Positions 1 through 9,637 of a stretch of DNA of 64,000 nucleotides are shown here, piece by piece. The stretch's first letter is position 1, and the number at the start of each line of letters is the position of its first letter. Origin of the DNA: Pyrinomonadaceae bacterium (GTDB lineage Bacteria > Acidobacteriota > Blastocatellia > Pyrinomonadales > Pyrinomonadaceae); the NCBI GenBank assembly GCA_035606795.1, contig DATNEI010000107.1, forward strand, positions 470 through 64,469, written 5' to 3'. The position numbers and the translations under genes are program-made. The notes below the pieces were generated by a model. The model ran no database searches and was not told the origin of the DNA. It saw only the letters and a list, made by a program, of their open reading frames with translations.

Positions 1-258
1 CTGGAACTCTGCGTTAACTTTTTTCAGGGCCGCAACGAACTTCGTAATTCCGTCTTTTTCGTTGGCAAATGCTGAACTATCAATCAAAGCGACTTTGCTG
101 TCCGGCACATTTACTGCCGTGGACGACGCCGTCGATGAGGGGGTTGCGGTGGGCCGAGCCGGAGCGGTTCCCGTGCCGCTACGCGGCTGCGCGAATGCCG
201 AAACGGCCGTTACTGCCACGAACAAAGCGACCGCGGCTGTCGCACGAAATATCTTCAT
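1..258 (-). CDS. OmpH/Skp-like periplasmic chaperone, N-terminal part (runs off the window edge)
   Basis: Own translation of the minus strand from ATG at 258..256: MKIFRATAAVALFVAVTAVSAFAQPRSG...DSKVALIDSSAFANEKDGITKFVAALKKVNAEFQ. It has a signal peptide and an OmpH-like pattern. It lies immediately downstream of bamA, the conserved skp position. It is absent from the ORF track because no stop lies inside the window. Confidence 0.55.
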   Translation of the reverse strand, partial: MKIFRATAAVALFVAVTAVSAFAQPRSGTGTAPARPTATPSSTASSTAVNVPDSKVALIDSSAFANEKDGITKFVAALKKVNAEFQ

Positions 259-374
259 AACCTGTCGAAATACTCCTTAAAAATTCAAAGGCGATTTGAA
301 CTGACTCTTTAGTTGTCCTGTTCGCCAGTTTGGTTTGCCTGCGCGATCCGTTACCGCTGCAGGTCGGAAATTAA

Positions 375-3300
375 CTAGAAGGTGCGGCCGACACTAAACC
401 TAAAGGTGGTTTTTTGCTCGTTGAAAATGAACGGAAACCCATCAATGAACTGGTCCTTCCGCGCCCGTGGATTATAAGCATAAATGAGGCGAAAAGGCAC
501 GTTCAGAACGGGCACTTGGAAACGCATTTCCCCGCCAATACTAGCCGCGAAATCGCCGATGCCGGCGAACTTGCTCTCGCTAAGTCGAGCCACGGTGTTG
601 GTTTGCGTCTCGCCGCGGACAAACACCGGCTGAAATCCGAACGGCATTTGCGTAATTGGATCGAGGATTCCCGTTTGTGCAGCATCCAGTTCAGCCTGCG
701 ACACAAGGTGATTATCGCGAGCCACAAGGCTCAAGAAAGGCGACACAGCAAACTGCGGATGCACGCAGAAAACGGCCGAACTCAACGACACCGGAGCTAC
801 CCCTCCGGAAAGACGCGGACAACTGATGAATCCCACGGTTTGCAGGAACGGTTGATCGGCGAGGAATTCGCTCGAGTAGCTTTGGTCGCCTTTTGTTCTC
901 AGGTTGAACGACGATCCGATGTCCGCGAAAAGTGCGGCCTGAACAATTTTCCCGAATACCGGAATGCGATATTCGAAGTTTCCGAGCAACTGTGTGTCGC
1001 CGCCAATGCGCGTCCACACGCGGCTGAGTTTCACCACGTTGTTGCCGGTGGAACCAGTAAACACTCCCACGTTTGCCAATGACGCAGGCAATCCCGTGTT
1101 CGCAGTGGCCGTGCCCGACGCCTGCGTAGAGAGGACGACATTGCGCGTGGTCAGGTAAAAATCGAGCGGCGCAAAGGGGCTGAGGCCGCGCGGGGGATAT
1201 CCGCGAATGGAAAATTCGTCGCCCAGGAAATATCTTTCGTAAATCGGAACGCCATCGACGAAGGCCAGCGAGTTGGCGTTTTTTATCTTGTCGGATATTC
1301 CAAACCAGGATCCGGTCGTACCAGCCTGAATGCGGAAGCCGAACACATGTGGGTGATCGGTCCTCTTGTTCCGCATTGGATAAAATTGCGTGTACTCGAT
1401 CGACGGTTGATAGGTGCGCACGTCCCCAAGCAGACCGGCTACTGCGAGTCCAATAGATAACGAACGACCTGATGTCGGATCGATGCCGCCTTTATAATCG
1501 CGAGCGTCATACACGAAGGTGCCGGTGATGCGGCTGGTGAGAATATTCGGCTGCCGGTAAACGACCGGAATGAACTGATCAGTGTTGCCCTGGGCGTTGA
1601 CCGGCGGGTCTTCTGTGCTGGACTGGCTGAAAAGGTACGAGAGGCCGACGCGCGAAAACTGCGTAAATGGACGCTTCCGATAAAATTCGGACAGCGGCGC
1701 GCTGGCGAATATCGACGCACCGAAAGACTTGCGCGTAAAAAGGTTTTCGGAACTGGTATTGAAGAAATCGACCGTCGAACCAAACAGGCCCTGCTGGGCG
1801 TTGACGTTTTGCGATAGCGAGGTACCCTCGCCAAAAAACTTTTGCGAATAAGCAAAGATCGAGAAGCCCGCGGTGATGGGCCGGTTCTTGATGTAGGGCT
1901 CAGTGAACGAGAAGCTGAAACTCCGCTGCCGATTGCCGGCAGCCAAATCGATTGACAGCACCTCGCCGCGGCCGAACAAGTTATTCGTCGAGTAGTGCAG
2001 TCCAAAGAAGGATCCGCCGATTCCCGAAACACCGCCGTTGAATGAAATCTCCTGCCGGCCTTTTTCAGAAACTTTGACAGTCACATCAACCAGCGCTTCT
2101 TCTTCGTTGGTGCGATAGTCGGCGTCTTTGTCCTTATCGATTGGATTGAAGTAACCGAGCTGATTCAGGCGCGTGATCGAGTATTCGAAATAGCTTTGGT
2201 TGTAGATGTCTCCTTCATTAATCAGCACCTCGCGCCGCAGCACGTTATCGCGCGTGAAGGTATTCCCGGTGAACTCCAAACGTCGCAGCGTAAACTGTTT
2301 GCCTTCGTCGATGGTGATCAGAAAATCCGCTACGCCTTCCTCAGCATTCTGCGGATTGTCCTTGAAGGTTGGCTGAATTTCCGCCGTGTACTGAATGAAG
2401 CCCTGGGCGCCGTAGGCTTTCTTTAGATTCTCGTACAAGGCCTTGCTGATAGCTTCGCCGTTGGCCACGTCGCCTTTGTTCAAACCAATGAAACCTTTGA
2501 TGAGCTGCTCGGAAAAGATCGAGTTGCCTTCAATCTTTAAGTCGCCGACGCGATAAAGCTTGCCTTCGGTTATGGGAACGGTAATGCGAAGCGTCTCGTC
2601 TGTTGACGAAAGAAACGGCACCGGCAGGATCGGGAAGCCGGTACGATGACGGCCCAGCCCTTCTATGCGCGGCTCGCCGTGACGCGCCTGCAAATAACCT
2701 TTCGAGCGCATGTAGTTGTCGACGAGGTGGAGATCGTAATCGAGCTTCTCGCGGTGCAGAATGTCCTGTTCTTTGAACCGCGAGAATAACCCCGACTCTT
2801 TCACCAGCTTCATCTGACTGCGCAACGTACCGCTCTTGAAAACCTTGCTCTCAAATTGAATCTCGGCCACCCGGACACGGTCGCCTTCTTCAATATTGAA
2901 AGTGATCGCGCTGGAAGTTGCGGAAACCTGCTCAACGTTCGCGCTCACCACAGCGTTCGGGTGTCCCTTCGCCGATAGTAGTTCCTTGATGACGCGTTCA
3001 GCAGCTTTGACTTTGACCGGATCCAGGATCGCCTCTTTCGAAACCCCCACCCGGCGCTCGCGAAAAGTTTTCAAGACATCCGATTCGGGAACGCTGTGCA
3101 GTCCTTCGAATTGAATGTCACGAATAATCGGGAGTTCCTTGACGTAGAAGGTGACGATCACGCCGCCGCGCGGCCCATCTTCGGTCGTCACACGGGTCTC
3201 GACCTTGTCAAAGAATCCGAGCGAGAGAATCGCCTGCAGATCACGCTCGACCTGCCCCGGGTTGAAGGCATCTCCGGGGCGGGTCTGGACCCAATAAAGG

Positions 3301-3494
3301 ATGTCATCTTTGCGCAGACGACGATTCCCAATGATGTCAACGCTTTCGACGAGACGTTGCGAAGGTTGCTGCTGGGCGGACGCGGATGTGGCGAAAGCCA
3401 GAGTAGAAATGGCGATGATGGCGTTTAGAACGGCAAGCCAAACGACGCGATATGAATGCATAAGTGCCGGTGTCAGAAGCCCGCGCATCAGCAA
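375..3494 (-). CDS. bamA: Outer membrane protein assembly factor BamA (Omp85 family)
   Basis: 1039-aa ORF with POTRA-like repeats (VESVDIIGNRRLRKDDILYWVQTRPGDAFNPGQVERDLQAILSLGFFDKVE...). The C-terminal beta-barrel region ends FRFSVGRTF with a terminal aromatic residue. It is longer than a typical BamA. Confidence 0.85.
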   Translation of the reverse strand: MLMRGLLTPALMHSYRVVWLAVLNAIIAISTLAFATSASAQQQPSQRLVESVDIIGNRRLRKDDILYWVQTRPGDAFNPGQVERDLQAILSLGFFDKVETRVTTEDGPRGGVIVTFYVKELPIIRDIQFEGLHSVPESDVLKTFRERRVGVSKEAILDPVKVKAAERVIKELLSAKGHPNAVVSANVEQVSATSSAITFNIEEGDRVRVAEIQFESKVFKSGTLRSQMKLVKESGLFSRFKEQDILHREKLDYDLHLVDNYMRSKGYLQARHGEPRIEGLGRHRTGFPILPVPFLSSTDETLRITVPITEGKLYRVGDLKIEGNSIFSEQLIKGFIGLNKGDVANGEAISKALYENLKKAYGAQGFIQYTAEIQPTFKDNPQNAEEGVADFLITIDEGKQFTLRRLEFTGNTFTRDNVLRREVLINEGDIYNQSYFEYSITRLNQLGYFNPIDKDKDADYRTNEEEALVDVTVKVSEKGRQEISFNGGVSGIGGSFFGLHYSTNNLFGRGEVLSIDLAAGNRQRSFSFSFTEPYIKNRPITAGFSIFAYSQKFFGEGTSLSQNVNAQQGLFGSTVDFFNTSSENLFTRKSFGASIFASAPLSEFYRKRPFTQFSRVGLSYLFSQSSTEDPPVNAQGNTDQFIPVVYRQPNILTSRITGTFVYDARDYKGGIDPTSGRSLSIGLAVAGLLGDVRTYQPSIEYTQFYPMRNKRTDHPHVFGFRIQAGTTGSWFGISDKIKNANSLAFVDGVPIYERYFLGDEFSIRGYPPRGLSPFAPLDFYLTTRNVVLSTQASGTATANTGLPASLANVGVFTGSTGNNVVKLSRVWTRIGGDTQLLGNFEYRIPVFGKIVQAALFADIGSSFNLRTKGDQSYSSEFLADQPFLQTVGFISCPRLSGGVAPVSLSSAVFCVHPQFAVSPFLSLVARDNHLVSQAELDAAQTGILDPITQMPFGFQPVFVRGETQTNTVARLSESKFAGIGDFAASIGGEMRFQVPVLNVPFRLIYAYNPRARKDQFIDGFPFIFNEQKTTFRFSVGRTF

Positions 3495-3697
3495 GGGCTA
3501 TTTTGGCGAATCGGCCCCTCGACGATCATAGCGAACCTAGCGCCTTTTGATATTAATCAGCGTTTACTTTCGGGAAAACCGTAACACAAACCGCGGCGTC
3601 ACGCAGCCTGGGGAGCACTTGGATTCACCGCCGCCTTCGCTAGTTGCCAGTTTCCAATCGCATAAAGCGGCGCATTATAACGGGAAAGGAAAGTCAA

Positions 3698-3724
3698 AGT
3701 CCAAAGTGGGGCGCACTTTGGACT
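3698..3724 (-). terminator. Hairpin terminator downstream of clpC
   Basis: agtccaaagtg-gggcg-cactttggact is an 11-bp perfect stem. On the minus strand it is followed by a T-rich run (tttgactttcctttcc). It lies 27 nt past the clpC stop. Confidence 0.6.
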
Positions 3725-3750
3725 CGTAATTTCCTGCCGCAGATGTTGTT

Positions 3751-6126
<2,376 letters not shown>

Positions 6127-6567
6127 TTGTTTAGATTTTTATGATTGCCGCTGCGTGTTTAATCCCAAAATCACCACGCGCGGGCATTATAACCTAAGCA
6201 ACAAGCCCCTAGAAGTATCATATTTCCTGACCGGTTCATCACTTAAACTGTGGTTGCGACCGGAATTCGTCGTCGAAAGAATTCTGATGCGTCTCCGAAA
6301 CAAATGGGATCACCTACTCGCGGGCGTTCTTGGAACACACTCAAACTTCTCAACTGACGCATGACTCGTCGCTTAATCTGACCCTGTCATTCGTTCAACC
6401 TGACCGGACGCAGGCACGGGCAAGTGTTGTTTCATGTCGTGCTTAATCCGCAATAGCTCAACAACTTACATGAATCCCTACGCGATGGCACGCGCATAGC
6501 TAAAGAAACGTCGCCCGTGGAGTATCTCCTGGAGCTGGTCGACCCGATCCGACCAAACATTACAAGG

Positions 6568-9246
6568 ATGATAAAAATGAAAAGAACCCCCGCTGCCCCC
6601 GCCATCACCTGGCTGACTCTGGCCGCGCTGCTCATTACGACAGCGGCCACTTTTAGATTCAGCCCCGCGGCCCGCGCGCAAGTCTCGGAATCGATTGCGA
6701 CGGAAAACAGTCGCGCGATTCTTTCTAAATACGCGATTGACCTGACACAGCTTGCCGCACAAGGAAAACTCGAGTCGTTGCAGGGCTTCGATGCCGAAAT
6801 CAATCGTGTCATGGCTGCTTTGGCGCATTCATCGACCAAAGCTCCCGTCATTATCAGCGAGTCGGACGTAAATCGCGCCGCGGTAGCACGCGCGATCGCG
6901 ATGCGAATTGTTTCAGGTGACGCACCCGAAGCATTGCGCGGAAAACGCGTGTTGAGCTTGAACCTCGATGCGCTCGCCAAAGACGCGAAGACGAGCCAGG
7001 AATTCGAACGCCGCCTTCAGACGGTATTCAAGGCTGCCGCACAGACGAACGGTGAAGTTATCCTGTTTGTCGATCAACTTCATCAATATGCCGGCACGCG
7101 GGCCACCGCGACGGCCAGTGCAACTATCAAATCAGCGATTGTCGCGAACAGTATCCCGGTGATCGCAGGCGCCAGTCCGGAAGCTTTCAATTCCTACATC
7201 GTCACTGACGAGTCAGTCGCCAAACTGTTTGAATCAATTTCGCTCGACGGCGCCGCGGCCACTGCGACCAATTCAGATTCTCGTGACAAACGAAAGAGTC
7301 CAATTGATGAAGAGTTCGTCGGTGAGAAGATCGCGCCTGAGATGCGCGAATTGATTCGCAGCGCCGGACCGAACGGCCGCGTTTCGGCAATTCTTCAAGT
7401 TAGTGACGTAAACAATCGCGAAGTTCGCCGTTTGCTCGCGCGCAGCGGCATCACTCTCGGCGAGTCGATGGTGGCTCTTGGCGCCATGAAAGTAGATTTG
7501 CCCGTCAATGCGATTGAAGGGTTGATGAAGAACGACTCAATGAACTTCATCTCGCCCGACGTGACGTTAGAATCCTTCGGCCACATCACCGCGACTACCG
7601 GCACTGATCAAATACGCAATTCGCCGGGACTCCTTGCCGGCTTGCTGGGCGCCTCAGCGGTTGATGGCACTGGCGTGGGTATTGCGGTACTTGATTCAGG
7701 TCTCGATACCAGCCACGGTGCATTCACCACGGGAACCGCGCGCATCAAGTTCAGCAAGGACTTCACTGGAGAAAACATTACCTCGGCGGATCCGTATGGG
7801 CACGGAACGCACGTAGCGGGCTCAGCCGCCGGCGCCAGCTATTCAGACGGAACCAGATACCAGGGCATCGCTCCCGGGGCAACTATCATTAACCTGCGCG
7901 TACTCAACTCGAAAGGTACCGGTACAACTTCGGGTTTGCTGAACGCGCTGAACTGGATTCTCAGCCCGGCTGATCCGACAAAAGCAATCAGCTCAACCAA
8001 TCCGCGCAACAAGGACAAGTACAACATTCGCGTCGTCAATATGAGTTTGGGCGCGCCGGCAATTAGCTCCTACAAGAACGATCCGATTTGTCGCGCCGCT
8101 CGTGCCTTGGTCGACGCGGGAGTTGTAGTGGTCGCGGCTGCCGGTAACAACGGCAAGGACGCGAACGGCCGAAAGATCTACGGAGCCATTCACGCTCCCG
8201 GCAATGAACCTTCCGTAATTACGGTGGGCGCCGCAAACTCCTTCGGCACCGATGCTCGCAGCGACGATAGCGTAGCGACTTATAGCTCGCGCGGGCCAAC
8301 CCGCAGCAAGTGGACAGATGCGGGCGGAGTTGTCCATTACGACAACTTGCTCAAGCCCGATTTAGTCGCCCCAGGAAACAAGCTGATCTTTGCAGAATCA
8401 GACGCCGGGAGTAGTGGACTACTTGGAACTGGCTTGTTGGGTAGCGCTGTAACTTTGAATTATCTCGTCGACACTTATCCGTATCTGGATTCGGGTATTA
8501 GCGATAATGATAATCGCCGGCTGATGTATCTGAGTGGCAGCTCGATGGCTACGCCTGTTGTGACTGGCATCGCGGCACTGATGCTGCAGGTTAACCCCAA
8601 ACTCACACCAAACCTGGTCAAGCTAATCCTCATGTACACCGCCCAACCGCTAGCGGGCTGGAACATGCTCGAACAGGGTACCGGAGAAGTGAATGCTGAA
8701 GGTGCGTTACGCTTGGCGAAAATCGTGCGGACAAATCTGAGCGCGGCGACCCCGCAAGGCGATCCGTTGCTGACTACGACCACGGCACCGGATCCCCATA
8801 CGACTATTGCGGGTCAGAAGTTTACGTGGTCCCAGGGAGTAATGTTCAAACACTGGTATGCGAAAGGCACGAATCTGATTACGAAATATCATACGTACGA
8901 CGCGCTGGGTGTAGTACTCGGCGATGGCGTCGTGCTCGGCGATGGCGTCGTGCTCGGTGATGGCGTGGTGCTCGGTGATGGAGTGGTGCTGGGTGACGGT
9001 GTAGTTCTCGGCGACAGCATATTCACGAGCGCCGGCGTCGTTCTCGGCGATGGTTCTGTCTTTTGCAGCGGCGTCGTGTTAGGTGACGGCGTCGTATTGG
9101 GCGATGGCGTTGTCTTGGGCGATGGTGTCGTACTGGGTGACGGCGTCGTGCTGGGTGATGGCGTCGTGCTGGGTGATGGCAATCTCCAGGCAATGTCTCT
9201 GCGCGCAATGATCTACGGCGACAGCGGGCCGTATATGCATCCGTAA
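6568..9246 (+). CDS. Secreted S8 subtilisin-like serine protease with an N-terminal degenerate ClpB/C-type AAA+ module and C-terminal GVVLGD hexapeptide repeats (paralogue 1)
   Basis: The track ORF starts at GTG 6517. ATG 6568 or 6577 follows an aagga RBS and precedes the signal peptide MKMKRTPAAPAITWLTLAALLITTAATFRFSPAARAQ. The S8 triad is intact (VLDSGLD, HGTHVAG, SGSSMATP). The AAA+-like region is DLTQLAAQGKLE...ILFVDQLH. Confidence 0.85.
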   Translation: MIKMKRTPAAPAITWLTLAALLITTAATFRFSPAARAQVSESIATENSRAILSKYAIDLTQLAAQGKLESLQGFDAEINRVMAALAHSSTKAPVIISESDVNRAAVARAIAMRIVSGDAPEALRGKRVLSLNLDALAKDAKTSQEFERRLQTVFKAAAQTNGEVILFVDQLHQYAGTRATATASATIKSAIVANSIPVIAGASPEAFNSYIVTDESVAKLFESISLDGAAATATNSDSRDKRKSPIDEEFVGEKIAPEMRELIRSAGPNGRVSAILQVSDVNNREVRRLLARSGITLGESMVALGAMKVDLPVNAIEGLMKNDSMNFISPDVTLESFGHITATTGTDQIRNSPGLLAGLLGASAVDGTGVGIAVLDSGLDTSHGAFTTGTARIKFSKDFTGENITSADPYGHGTHVAGSAAGASYSDGTRYQGIAPGATIINLRVLNSKGTGTTSGLLNALNWILSPADPTKAISSTNPRNKDKYNIRVVNMSLGAPAISSYKNDPICRAARALVDAGVVVVAAAGNNGKDANGRKIYGAIHAPGNEPSVITVGAANSFGTDARSDDSVATYSSRGPTRSKWTDAGGVVHYDNLLKPDLVAPGNKLIFAESDAGSSGLLGTGLLGSAVTLNYLVDTYPYLDSGISDNDNRRLMYLSGSSMATPVVTGIAALMLQVNPKLTPNLVKLILMYTAQPLAGWNMLEQGTGEVNAEGALRLAKIVRTNLSAATPQGDPLLTTTTAPDPHTTIAGQKFTWSQGVMFKHWYAKGTNLITKYHTYDALGVVLGDGVVLGDGVVLGDGVVLGDGVVLGDGVVLGDSIFTSAGVVLGDGSVFCSGVVLGDGVVLGDGVVLGDGVVLGDGVVLGDGVVLGDGNLQAMSLRAMIYGDSGPYMHP
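8908..9180 (+). repeat. Coding 18-nt (hexapeptide GVVLGD) tandem repeats in two blocks
   Basis: (GVVLGD)x6, then SIFTSAGVVLGDGSVFCS, then (GVVLGD)x6-7. Units differ at synonymous positions. Confidence 0.9.
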
Positions 9247-9337
9247 TTTGACCGCCTTAAGAAGACCTGAACTTTTCAGGAGCCCACCTACAGCCGTCGG
9301 TTTCACCCCGCAAGATCGTCGCTCCTCTCGCCCTTCG

Positions 9338-9373
9338 AACCGGAATTCATCCTTAGCTGAATTCCGGTTTTTG
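9338..9373 (+). terminator. Rho-independent terminator after protease paralogue 1
   Basis: aaccggaattca-tccttagc-tgaattccggtt is a 12-bp perfect stem followed by tttt. Confidence 0.8.
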
Positions 9374-9637
9374 TCTCTGAAAAACTTCCACTCTCCGGCT
9401 CTCCCGTCCTTATCTAAAGCGCGCTAACAGAATCGTGAGTCATCTTCTTAATCTGACCTTTCCATCGTTCAACCTGACCGGACGAACCACAAGCAAGGGC
9501 CTATTTATCGAGCGTAATCCGCTATATTTCAATGACTTATGCGAATCCAAAGGGATGGCACGCGCATAGCTAAAGAAGCAGCGCCCGTGGGATTTTTCCC
9601 GGAGCTGGTCGACCCGATCCGACCAAACATTACAAGG

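Noticed and set aside
6372-6410. CtsR or CIRCE heat-shock operator in the clpC-protease divergent region
   Set aside because: The GGTCAG direct repeats are about 16 nt apart, not the 3-nt spacing of the CtsR heptad repeat. No TTAGCACTC-N9-GAGTGCTAA element is present.
8889-9306. Minus-strand ORFs encoding TTPSPS-type or His/Arg-rich repeats (8889..9182, 9023..9208, 9079..9306), and the equivalent set at 11913..12269
   Set aside because: They are mirror-frame translations of the GVVLGD-coding 18-nt repeats of the protease genes. The plus-strand frame is continuous with an intact S8 domain.
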